Below, piece by piece: positions 45,625 to 54,413 of a stretch of DNA of 64,000 bases; within the stretch, counting starts at the first letter, position 1; every line of letters begins with the position of its first letter. The notes under the pieces are model-generated. The model had not been told where the DNA came from and did no database searches. It saw nothing but the letters and a program-made list of their open reading frames with translations. The stretch is taken from the NCBI GenBank assembly GCA_043814985.1, contig JBDRJK010000021.1, positions 7,253 through 71,252 on the forward strand, in the 5' to 3' direction. Made by a program: the position numbers and the translations under genes. This DNA is from Candidatus Aenigmatarchaeota archaeon (GTDB lineage Archaea; Aenigmatarchaeota; Aenigmatarchaeia; Aenigmatarchaeales; Aenigmatarchaeaceae).

Positions 45625-46485
45625 TTACAATGCCATCAGTATTATTCCCAACAGCATGAAAACAGAGCCTAGCACGCGCTGCAGTACATTGCCTTCCTTG
45701 AAGAACTTGAAACCGTAGAACGAACCGATTAGTATGCTTGTTCTCTTGACAGCTATGGCATAGACTGCTAATGTCATGGTAAATGTGTATGAAAGACTCA
45801 CTTCAGAAAGTGCCATGAAGAAGCCTATGCCCGTTAAATTCTTGAAGTTCTTTTTCACTTCGCTGAACCTTACCCTTTTCGTCAGGAAGACGAAGAGAGA
45901 GAAGATAATTGCCGCTATGAGGTACTCTGAAAAAACTCCGAAAAATACGTTAGAGCTGTTTATCAGATATTTGATGGAAGTGGCTGTTATGCTCCAAAGG
46001 GCAGAGACGCCCAGCATGAGGACGGGTCCCCTTTCTTTTACAAGATATATGAAGGGGTGCAATATACTTTTCTTGATTTCCTTTATGTTTAGCACATATG
46101 CTCCAACTACTATGCTTATTATTCCTATGATGCCGACGGGGTTTGGGAACTCTCCCAAAATCAGGGGCCCTGTGAGAAGCATGAAGATAGGGGTGAAGGC
46201 AAGCATTGGTAGGGTGAGCGACAAGGGCGAGATTGATATTGCCTTCATGTAGAGGAGAACCGAAACAATATACACAATCGCTGCTATGAGGGCAACGAAC
46301 CAGAAGAACAAAGTCGTCTGGGGAATTCCCACAAAGATGAGAGCAAAGGCTAAGAAGGGTAGGGTCAGGGTCATCAGGGACCATGTTGTAAGGTAGTGGT
46401 CGGCTTTTTTCATGGTTTGCTTGCTGATGTAGTCCTTGGTGGCAGATGCGAAGGCGGTGAACAAGGCCGTGACAATCCAGAACAT
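45625..46485 (-). CDS. EamA/DMT family transporter
   Basis: SPLSLTLPMLAFTP, AIAVKRTS, FFKE. Confidence 0.88.
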   Translation of the reverse strand: MFWIVTALFTAFASATKDYISKQTMKKADHYLTTWSLMTLTLPFLAFALIFVGIPQTTLFFWFVALIAAIVYIVSVLLYMKAISISPLSLTLPMLAFTPIFMLLTGPLILGEFPNPVGIIGIISIVVGAYVLNIKEIKKSILHPFIYLVKERGPVLMLGVSALWSITATSIKYLINSSNVFFGVFSEYLIAAIIFSLFVFLTKRVRFSEVKKNFKNLTGIGFFMALSEVSLSYTFTMTLAVYAIAVKRTSILIGSFYGFKFFKEGNVLQRVLGSVFMLLGIILMAL

Positions 46486-46535
46486 AATAAGAAATTTGTC
46501 TTTAGTTAAATATTAATAAGTCTTATAACTAAAGG

Positions 46536-47207
46536 GTGTTTATGACAACCATTCTTGGTATTGACGAGGCCGGCCGCGGGTCAGTTATAGGCCCCATGTG
46601 CATCGGGGGCGTGGTTATTGACGAGAAGGACTCAGCCAAGCTAAAGGCTTTGGGAGTCAAGGACAGCAAGCTGTTAACTCCTGAGCAGAGAGAGGCTTTA
46701 TATCCCAAGATAAAAAAACTGGCAAAGGATCATGTTGTTCTCAAGGTTTCTGCCAAGCAGATAGACCAGATGAGGAAGACAACCAACCTCAACAGGATTG
46801 AGGCTCAGAAGATGGCAGAGATAATCAAGGCCATGAATGCTGACAAGGCTTATGTTGACGCGCCGCAGGTCTCTACGGAAAAGTTCAAGAATATACTGCT
46901 GGCCTTGGCTGAGAACAAAACTAAGATAATAGCTGAGAATCATGCTGATTTGAAATACCCTGTCTGTTCGGCAGCAGCCATACTCGCAAAAGTGGAGAGG
47001 GACAGGGATGTGGAGAGGATAAAGAAGATAGTGGGCTTTGACTTCGGAGTGGGCTATCCCCATGACCAGAGGAGCATTGACTTTGTCAAAAAGGCCTTAA
47101 AGGAGAAGAAACACTTGGAATTCTTAAGGCATTCATGGGTTACTGTGAGCAATCTTAAAAATGAGAAGGAACAAAAAACATTAAAAGAGTATAAGAGAAA
47201 TAAATAA
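46536..47207 (+). CDS. rnhB: Ribonuclease HII
   Basis: GIDEAGRG, VKDSK, AAAILAKVERD, C-terminal PIP box QKTLKEY. Confidence 0.96.
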   Translation: MFMTTILGIDEAGRGSVIGPMCIGGVVIDEKDSAKLKALGVKDSKLLTPEQREALYPKIKKLAKDHVVLKVSAKQIDQMRKTTNLNRIEAQKMAEIIKAMNADKAYVDAPQVSTEKFKNILLALAENKTKIIAENHADLKYPVCSAAAILAKVERDRDVERIKKIVGFDFGVGYPHDQRSIDFVKKALKEKKHLEFLRHSWVTVSNLKNEKEQKTLKEYKRNK

Positions 47208-47218
47208 GGAGGATTATT

Positions 47219-47476
47219 ATGAAAAATACGAACAAGACAACTATTGTTTATGTGGTAAGCGGGATACTGATAGGCTATATTAGTTTCTTGCTTAACAGCG
47301 AGTTTCTAGCTCTGGGTCTGGCATTTGTATCTTTATTTTTGATTGCGGAAATATTGAAAAAGGCGTTGAAGATAGATTCTAAGTTCAAGTGGTTCTGGTC
47401 CCACGGTGGATGGGTATACCTTTTCATCTGGTTCATAACATGGGTACTAGTCTGGAACCAGCCATTTGTTTTGTGA
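47219..47476 (+). CDS. Small 3-TM membrane protein
   Basis: 85 aa; GGAGG SD; YLFIWFITWVLVWN. Confidence 0.75.
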   Translation: MKNTNKTTIVYVVSGILIGYISFLLNSEFLALGLAFVSLFLIAEILKKALKIDSKFKWFWSHGGWVYLFIWFITWVLVWNQPFVL

Positions 47477-47480
47477 TTTT

Positions 47481-48824
47481 ATGATTGAGAATATTGGTGA
47501 CTGGCAGAGAACACATTATTCCAAGCAGGTCAAGCCGGAAATGGGCAATGAAGAAGTCATTGTGATGGGTTGGGTCAGAGAATTAAGGGACTTGGGTAAA
47601 TTGAAGTTCATCAAGCTGGCTGACAGGGAAGGCTTCATACAGGTTACTGCAAAGGAAGGGGACGTCAAGCCGGATATAATCAATAAAATAGAAGGCTTGG
47701 GAAGGGAGGATGTCATTGCTGTCAAGGGCATTGTAAAGGCAAGCAAGCAGGCTCCCAATGGAATCGAAATAATGCCAGTTGATGTGAGGATTCTTAACAC
47801 TTCTGATTCACCATTGCCTCTAGAGCTGGAGACCAAGAAAACACCTGCTCACATTGATACGAGGATGAACTGGAGATTTTTAGATTTGAGGAAACATGAG
47901 AACAATCTCATATTCAAGATACAGACTGCAATGGAAATGGCCATGAGGGAATTCTGGATCAAGAATGGTTTCATTGAAATTCATTCTCCTAAATTAATGG
48001 GTTCTCAGAGCGAGACAGGAGCAGAGCTGTTCACTGTTGTCTATTTTGACAGGGAAGCGTATCTGGCACAATCGCCCCAGTTCTACAAGCAGCTGGCAAT
48101 GATTGCAGGTTTTGATAGGGTTTTTGAGATAGCTCCTGTTTTCAGGGCCAATCCATCTCATACAGTTAGGCATGACACCGAGTACACTTCTATTGATATG
48201 GAGATGTCTTGGATAAGTTCACATGAGGATGTGATGGCATTTGAGGAAAAGTGGATTACCTATGTGATTGAACAAGTGAAGAAACAGTATGGAGACAAGA
48301 TAAAGGAAACATTTGGTTTTGAATTGGTTGTTCCCAAAATACCTTTCCCAAGAATGACTCTCAAGGAAGCCAAGGATAAAATCAAGAAAACTGGTAAAAA
48401 GGTTTCATACAAAGAGGACCTTTCACCTGAGGAGGAAAGGCTTTTGGGAGAATTGGTAAAGGAAGAGTCCGGTCATGAGTTTGTGTTTGTGACTGAGTTC
48501 CCGTGGAAGATTAAGCCTTTCTATCACATGAGAGACGAGAAGAATCCTGGAGTGACAAAAGGTTTCGACTTACTGTGGAAAGGATTGGAAGTGACCACAG
48601 GCTCTCAGAGAGAGCACAGGTATGACGTGTTGGTTGAGCAGGCAAAGGAGAAGAAGCTTAAGTTGGACAGCATAAAGTCTTATCTGGATTTTTTCAGGTA
48701 TGGGGCGCCTCCACATGGCGGTTTAGGTTTTGGTTTGACAAGGGCTCTTATGACAATGTTTGAAATGAAAAATGTGAGAGAGGTCACTTTCGCTTTCAGA
48801 GACATGGACAGGCTTTATCCTTAG
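47481..48824 (+). CDS. aspS: Aspartyl-tRNA synthetase 1 (probably non-discriminating)
   Basis: RTHYS, RDLG, QAPNGIE, QSPQFYKQ, FRANPSHTVRH, GSQREH, PPHGG. Confidence 0.95.
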   Translation: MIENIGDWQRTHYSKQVKPEMGNEEVIVMGWVRELRDLGKLKFIKLADREGFIQVTAKEGDVKPDIINKIEGLGREDVIAVKGIVKASKQAPNGIEIMPVDVRILNTSDSPLPLELETKKTPAHIDTRMNWRFLDLRKHENNLIFKIQTAMEMAMREFWIKNGFIEIHSPKLMGSQSETGAELFTVVYFDREAYLAQSPQFYKQLAMIAGFDRVFEIAPVFRANPSHTVRHDTEYTSIDMEMSWISSHEDVMAFEEKWITYVIEQVKKQYGDKIKETFGFELVVPKIPFPRMTLKEAKDKIKKTGKKVSYKEDLSPEEERLLGELVKEESGHEFVFVTEFPWKIKPFYHMRDEKNPGVTKGFDLLWKGLEVTTGSQREHRYDVLVEQAKEKKLKLDSIKSYLDFFRYGAPPHGGLGFGLTRALMTMFEMKNVREVTFAFRDMDRLYP

Positions 48825-49274
48825 GTGATTAAGATGAGAGAGTGTATATTTTGCGAAATTGTAAAGGGAAAAAGAGAAAAAAATCACAAGATTCTTGAAA
48901 ATGATAAGCATCTGGCTTTTCTAGATATTTATCCTGTTACTAAGGGCCAAACCTTGGTTATACCTAAGAAGCACTACAAAGGTTTAGGTGTTTTTAGTCT
49001 TACAAGAAATGAATATGAGGATTTGTTTCTCTTCGCTAAAAAGACCGCAAGAAAAATCAAGAAAAAACTCAAACCCAAGTTCATAATTATGGTCGTAGAG
49101 GGCATGATGATTGATCATCTTCACATAAAGCTTTATCCTATATACAAAATACAAAAGAAGTCTGACAACAGGCTTCTAAAGCCTTATCAGCCATATAAAG
49201 GATATTTGATAACCCAGATAGGGCCGAAAGCCAGTGAAAAAAAACTTAAAAGAATAGCCCGCCTTCTTTCCTGA
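48825..49274 (+). CDS. HIT family hydrolase (HxHxK variant)
   Basis: CIFCEI, AFLDIYP, LVIPKKH, HLHIKL. Confidence 0.88.
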   Translation: MIKMRECIFCEIVKGKREKNHKILENDKHLAFLDIYPVTKGQTLVIPKKHYKGLGVFSLTRNEYEDLFLFAKKTARKIKKKLKPKFIIMVVEGMMIDHLHIKLYPIYKIQKKSDNRLLKPYQPYKGYLITQIGPKASEKKLKRIARLLS

Positions 49275-49340
49275 AGAATTTCTATTATATATTTAAAGTT
49301 TACTACTATATTGTAATACATAAATTAGGAGTGTGTTATT

Positions 49341-50687
49341 ATGGTAGAAATTAATTATAATGAAAAACAGATTGAATTGCTTCTAGGAAAGAGAAAACAA
49401 AATGCAGAAGTGACAGAAAGAGATTTTGGTAGCGATGTTGTTGTCGCAGGATACATAAAGAATATAGCAGATCTTGGTAAAAATATGAAGTTTCTAACTT
49501 TGGCAGATGCCTCAGGGGAAATACAACTGACGTTAAAGAAAGGAGTTTATGTTGGAGTTGAGGATGCTAAAATGCTCACCCCTCATACCTTTATTGTTGC
49601 GAAAGGTGAGGCATGTAAAGGAAGGGCTAAAGACGGTCGTGAAGTTCTTGTAAAAGATATTAGTCTTTTGAGCGATGTTGTAACAGAGAAGATTCCAACA
49701 GAGATGAGGACCAGTCTTGACAAGAGATTGGATTACAGGTGGGTGGATTTGAGGAATGAAAAGCACAGGTTCCCTCTTACAATGGTTTCCGAGTTCACAA
49801 GGTATTCAAGGGACTTTTTCAATGAAAACGGCTTCACTGAAATTTTCACGCCAAAGATAGTGGGTACTCCAACTGAGGGTGGAGCAGAGGCGTTCCCTGT
49901 TCTTTATTTTGACAGGGAAGCGTATCTGGCACAATCGCCCCAGTTCTACAAGCAAATGGCTATATGCTCTGGTTTTGACAGGGTTTTTGAGATAGCTCCT
50001 GTTTTCAGGGCCAATCCATCCCACACTACAAGGCATGATACCGAGTACACCTCTTTGGATTTCGAGATAGGGTACATTACATCGCATCAGGATGTAATGA
50101 AAGCCGAAGAGGGTATGCTGAGCCATGTTTTCAAAAACATTAAAGAGAAGTATGGGGATAAAATCAGGAAGAAATTCAAACAGGAGATAGACGTTCCTAA
50201 AAATATACCTCAAATAAGGATGGAGGAAGCTTACGAGATTGTAACAAAGGAAGATGTAGACGAAAAAGGCAGCTTGAGACCATCAGGGGAGAAGGCTGTT
50301 TCTGAACATGTTAAGGAAGCATACGGAAGTGATTTCATCTTTATAACAGATTTCCCTTATGATGCTAGACCTTTTTATCATATGAAGGGTGAAGCTATGA
50401 GGAACGGTAAAGAGACTACGAAGAGCTTTGACCTGATTTACAGAGGTGTAGAGATTACAACAGGCGCTCAGAGGGAACACAGGCACGGAAAATTAACAGC
50501 CCAAGTGGTTGAGAAAGGCTTAAGTACTAATAATCTAAAACAATATCTAGATTTTTTCAAGTACGGAGCACCTCCCCACGGTGGTATCGGGTTGAGCCCT
50601 AGTAGAGTTGTCACGAACATGCTTGATCTCGGGAATGTGAGGGAAGCAACAATGGCTCCGAGGGATCCGAAAAGACTGTTTCCATAG
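49341..50687 (+). CDS. aspS: Aspartyl-tRNA synthetase 2
   Basis: EGGAE, QSPQFYKQ, FRANPSHTTRH, GAQREH, PPHGG. Confidence 0.92.
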   Translation: MVEINYNEKQIELLLGKRKQNAEVTERDFGSDVVVAGYIKNIADLGKNMKFLTLADASGEIQLTLKKGVYVGVEDAKMLTPHTFIVAKGEACKGRAKDGREVLVKDISLLSDVVTEKIPTEMRTSLDKRLDYRWVDLRNEKHRFPLTMVSEFTRYSRDFFNENGFTEIFTPKIVGTPTEGGAEAFPVLYFDREAYLAQSPQFYKQMAICSGFDRVFEIAPVFRANPSHTTRHDTEYTSLDFEIGYITSHQDVMKAEEGMLSHVFKNIKEKYGDKIRKKFKQEIDVPKNIPQIRMEEAYEIVTKEDVDEKGSLRPSGEKAVSEHVKEAYGSDFIFITDFPYDARPFYHMKGEAMRNGKETTKSFDLIYRGVEITTGAQREHRHGKLTAQVVEKGLSTNNLKQYLDFFKYGAPPHGGIGLSPSRVVTNMLDLGNVREATMAPRDPKRLFP

Positions 50688-50696
50688 GTTGTTTAT

Positions 50697-52004
50697 TTGC
50701 TGAATAGAGACTTAATAAAAAATGTTAAAAAACAAGATAAAGAAAAAGACGTTAACGTTTTTGGATGGCTTAAAAACAAAAAGGATTTTGGCAAAATAAT
50801 CATTTTGAGAATAGTTGATTCTTCTGGAGAGATTCGTGCTGTGGCAAAGACCAAAATATTGAAAGAGAACTCTTTTCTTGATATCAAGAAGCTCAAGAAG
50901 GAATCCTGTATAAATGTTATGGGAAATTACGATTCCAAAAAGAAAGAAATCCAGATAAAAGAAATAAAAATTATTGCAGCTGCTACTAAGTCTATATCGC
51001 CCTCCGCAAGGGATGATTTTGATATCTATAATCAGAAATACACAAGTCTTGTCTGCGATAACAGGCACATCTATTTGAGAAACGAGAAAATTGCCACAAT
51101 ACTCAAGATTAGGAGCATGTTCATGGAGGAAATGCGCGATTACTTCCAAAAGAACAATTTCATCAATTTTAGCGCACCGATTTTGACCAACATAACACTT
51201 TATGGCGACAAGACAGCCTTTGATATTGATTTCTGTGGTAAGAAACTCTACCTCACACAATGCACAGCATTCTATCTGGAGTCTGCTATACCGGCTTTCG
51301 AGAAGGTTTATTTCATGTCGCCTTCTTTCAGGAATGAAAAGTCTAAGAGCAGGAGGCATCTTAGCGAATACTGGCACTGCAAAGGAGAAATAGCTTTTTG
51401 TGATTTAGAAGGAATGATGAAGTTTGTAGAGAATATGACATACACTGTCTACAAAAATCTAGTAAAAAACGCAGGAGAGGAGATGAGGAAAATAACCAAA
51501 ATAGATTTTAACAAATTCAAGCCACCTTACAAGTCAATTACCTATGAAAAGGCCGTTGAAGTTCTACAGAATAATGGTTTCAAAATAAAGTTTGGTCAAA
51601 GCATTGGGAGTGACGAAGAAAGATTCTTAGGTGAGAGGATGAAAAAAATGTTTTGGATCAAGTTCCTACCAAGAAAGGTGGAGGCATTCCCCTACAGAAT
51701 CAACCCTTCTGATGAAAGAACAACACTGACGGCAGACCTCTTGTGCAATGAGTCTGGCGAGATATTGGGAACCGCTGAAAAGATATATCAAAAGGAAGAA
51801 TTGGAAAGAAGGATGAGGGAGGATTTCGTTGCACATCCAAAAGAAATTTACAAATGGTACATAGAGCTTAGAGAAATGGGCTTGCCGCCGCATAGTGGTT
51901 TTGGTATGGGTGTGGAAAGAGTCTTGAGAAGTTTTCTTAATCTTAAACATGTAAGGGATGTTATACCTTATCCAAGACTTTATACAAGATTACCTTATCC
52001 TTGA
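50697..52004 (+). CDS. Divergent asparaginyl-tRNA synthetase-like protein
   Basis: OB domain plus motif 2 PSFRNEKSKSRRHLSEYW, motif 3 PHSGFGMGVER, RDVIPYPR. Confidence 0.85.
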   Translation: MLNRDLIKNVKKQDKEKDVNVFGWLKNKKDFGKIIILRIVDSSGEIRAVAKTKILKENSFLDIKKLKKESCINVMGNYDSKKKEIQIKEIKIIAAATKSISPSARDDFDIYNQKYTSLVCDNRHIYLRNEKIATILKIRSMFMEEMRDYFQKNNFINFSAPILTNITLYGDKTAFDIDFCGKKLYLTQCTAFYLESAIPAFEKVYFMSPSFRNEKSKSRRHLSEYWHCKGEIAFCDLEGMMKFVENMTYTVYKNLVKNAGEEMRKITKIDFNKFKPPYKSITYEKAVEVLQNNGFKIKFGQSIGSDEERFLGERMKKMFWIKFLPRKVEAFPYRINPSDERTTLTADLLCNESGEILGTAEKIYQKEELERRMREDFVAHPKEIYKWYIELREMGLPPHSGFGMGVERVLRSFLNLKHVRDVIPYPRLYTRLPYP

Positions 52005-52897
52005 TTTAATAATATTTCTATATTTTCAGAACCAATTTTTTTAAGAGTATCGTCATTGAAATCTAAGTTCATAAAACTCTTTACAACATTCATATATTTT
52101 TCTTCAGTAATGTAGGGTAAATCTGTTCCGAATAATATCTTTTCAGCACCCAATGTTTTGATTAGAAAATCATATACGTCTTTACAATTCTTTTTGGTTT
52201 TAGCTGCAAACCTATCCAAAAGACTGGTTTCAACAAAAACATTCTTTGTCTTTCTAGCATTTTCCAATACACCAGTGTCAAGCCTAGCACAGTGGGCAAT
52301 TATGAAGCTTACAGAGGGATAGCATCTGGCAAGTTCTATTATATTAGAAGGTAGTGAGTTTTCATCCTCACCTGAATGCGAGATAAAAACAAGGCCGTTT
52401 TCCTTGACAATATCCATTATTTCTGTTTTAGCTAGTTTTTTTGGGGAGAAATTAGTTACAAAGGGATGTATTTTAACACCTATTATACCTTTCTCAATAT
52501 AATCATTCAGACATTTCACATTTTTAGGGTATCTCGGGTCTATTATTATGAAAGGTAATAAATCCTTGTTTCTTTTCCCAATGCCAATTATCTTTTCATT
52601 TTCTTTGTGATAGGGGTTTTCCTTGATTTTCCACCTTCCCTTACAGAGGGGGCATTCCAGAATGTAATGGTCTTCATGGACGCTTAAACATGTGGGGGAA
52701 AGACCGTAAGATTTGCAGTTTTTATTTTCACATGTTAGCTCTCTTACGCTTGGGCAGGGGAAAATTACAGATTTTTCAACCCCATTTTTTCTCATTAAAT
52801 CTAATAGCCTACTTTCTGATAACGATATCTTTCTATCAGTCTTTCTGTTATAATAGTAATCGTTTCCTATATGCACGTGGCAGTCTGTTATTTTCAT
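51995..52897 (-). CDS. Amidohydrolase_2-like metallohydrolase with a Cys-rich insertion
   Basis: DCHVHIG, GVKIHP, SHSG, IIAHC, LFGTDLP; insert CENKNC...CPLC. Confidence 0.85.
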   Translation of the reverse strand: MKITDCHVHIGNDYYYNRKTDRKISLSESRLLDLMRKNGVEKSVIFPCPSVRELTCENKNCKSYGLSPTCLSVHEDHYILECPLCKGRWKIKENPYHKENEKIIGIGKRNKDLLPFIIIDPRYPKNVKCLNDYIEKGIIGVKIHPFVTNFSPKKLAKTEIMDIVKENGLVFISHSGEDENSLPSNIIELARCYPSVSFIIAHCARLDTGVLENARKTKNVFVETSLLDRFAAKTKKNCKDVYDFLIKTLGAEKILFGTDLPYITEEKYMNVVKSFMNLDFNDDTLKKIGSENIEILLNQG

Positions 52898-52956
52898 AAT
52901 TATAATTATATATGGAAACCATAAATTTTATAAGTTTCTAATATTCTAATGATGTT

Positions 52957-53136
52957 ATGGCTTGGTCTATAAACAATGAAAAATGCATTAGATGTGGAGG
53001 CTGTGTTTCAGTCTGCCCTTTTGCTGCATTAGAGCTGGATGACGATGTTATTCATGATGAAAAGCTGTGCACTTTGTGCGGAATTTGCGAGAAAGCTTGT
53101 CCTGTAAGAGCAATAGAGGTGAAAAAAGATGGGTAA
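52957..53136 (+). CDS. 2x[4Fe-4S] ferredoxin (59 aa, not in ORF track)
   Basis: CIRCGGCVSVCP...CTLCGICEKACP; upstream of GGR. Confidence 0.92.
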   Translation: MAWSINNEKCIRCGGCVSVCPFAALELDDDVIHDEKLCTLCGICEKACPVRAIEVKKDG

Positions 53137-53200
53137 GAAAAGGAGCTGGAAAACTGGGAAATCCCAGACCAAATATTCAAGAGAGAAGAAGAAAAAATGA
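53129..53200 (+). CDS. Possible 23-aa basic peptide
   Basis: MGKKRSWKTGKSQTKYSREKKKK; GAGGTGA SD upstream; bridges ferredoxin and GGR. Confidence 0.4.
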   Translation: MGKKRSWKTGKSQTKYSREKKKK

Positions 53201-53204
53201 TACT

Positions 53205-54350
53205 ATGTACGATGTGATAATTGTCGGCGCTGGTCCTGCTGGAAGCTCTTGTGCCAAGAGGTTGGTAGAGAAGGGTTTCTCTGTTAAGATATTTGACAGG
53301 AGAGAGGAGTTAGGAGTTCCTGTCAGGTGCGGGGAAGGCTTGAGCGAGCATGCTCAGGATATTATAGGTAAGATTCCCAAAGAATGCATTTCCCAGAATA
53401 TCAAGGGAGCCAGGGTATATGCCCCAAACGGCAAGTACTTGGAAGCTGTGCTTGAGACTGGAGGATTCATACTGGACAGGAGAAAGTTTGACAAGTGGTT
53501 GGCAGAGAAGGCTGAGAAGGCAGGCGCGGAAATACAGAAGGACACCCTGATCACCGATTTCATAGTGGAGGACGGCTACTACATCGGAGTCAAGGGCGAG
53601 GGCTTTGAGGAAAAGGCAAGAATGGTTGTCTGCGCCACAGGAGCCGAGTCTGCTTTAAGGAAGTCTTTGAAGGTCTTCTCAAAGCTGGAGCTTATTGATT
53701 CTTGCTTGCAATATAAAATGTCCGGCATTGGTTCGGACCAGGATTTCATCCACATTTATCTTGGGAACGAGATATCTCCAAGGGGATACACTTGGGTGTT
53801 TCCAAAGGGAGGCGACAAGGGCAATGTCGGAGTGGGCATCATTCCAGGAGAAAAAACAGCCAAGCACTATCTGGACAAGTTCATTAAGGAGACCGATGAA
53901 CTGAAGAACGGCGAAATATACTTGGTCGAGGGAGGCTGCGTTCCTGTTGGCGGCATGCTGAAGGATGCAGTGGATAATGGTTTATTGCTGTGCGGCGAGG
54001 CAGCGCATTATGTCAACCCCATACATGGTGGCGGCATAAAGGAAGGTATCGTATCAGGTTTTTTGGCTGCTGATGTCATTGCAGAATGTTTAAAGAATAA
54101 TGATGTTTCCAAAAAAGCCCTGTCCAAGTACAATGACTTGTGGTGGGAGCAGAGAGGCAACAAGCTGAAGAAGGTGGAGAAGCTGAGGGAAGTTCTCGAG
54201 AAGCTCTCTGACAAGGATTTGAACGAGTTGCTTGATGTTCTCAAGCCAGAGGACATTGTTGATTTCACCAGGGGAGCCAAACTCTCTGTTCTTGCAAAGG
54301 CCCTCATGAGAAAGCCCAGGTTGTTAGGACTGGCTAGGCACTTGATGTAA
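53205..54350 (+). CDS. Digeranylgeranylglycerophospholipid (geranylgeranyl) reductase
   Basis: MYDVIIVGAGPAG, PVRCGEG, PRGYTWVFPKG, NPIHGGGI. Confidence 0.92.
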   Translation: MYDVIIVGAGPAGSSCAKRLVEKGFSVKIFDRREELGVPVRCGEGLSEHAQDIIGKIPKECISQNIKGARVYAPNGKYLEAVLETGGFILDRRKFDKWLAEKAEKAGAEIQKDTLITDFIVEDGYYIGVKGEGFEEKARMVVCATGAESALRKSLKVFSKLELIDSCLQYKMSGIGSDQDFIHIYLGNEISPRGYTWVFPKGGDKGNVGVGIIPGEKTAKHYLDKFIKETDELKNGEIYLVEGGCVPVGGMLKDAVDNGLLLCGEAAHYVNPIHGGGIKEGIVSGFLAADVIAECLKNNDVSKKALSKYNDLWWEQRGNKLKKVEKLREVLEKLSDKDLNELLDVLKPEDIVDFTRGAKLSVLAKALMRKPRLLGLARHLM

Positions 54351-54413
54351 TCAGCTTATTTAATAACAATACAAATAATTATTTTATCTAAGTTGCAATA
54401 TTCTAGTGGTAAG

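Noticed and set aside
53067-53204. 46-aa N-terminal extension of GGR in the ORF track
   Set aside because: It overlaps the ferredoxin; the Rossmann motif starts at ATG 53205
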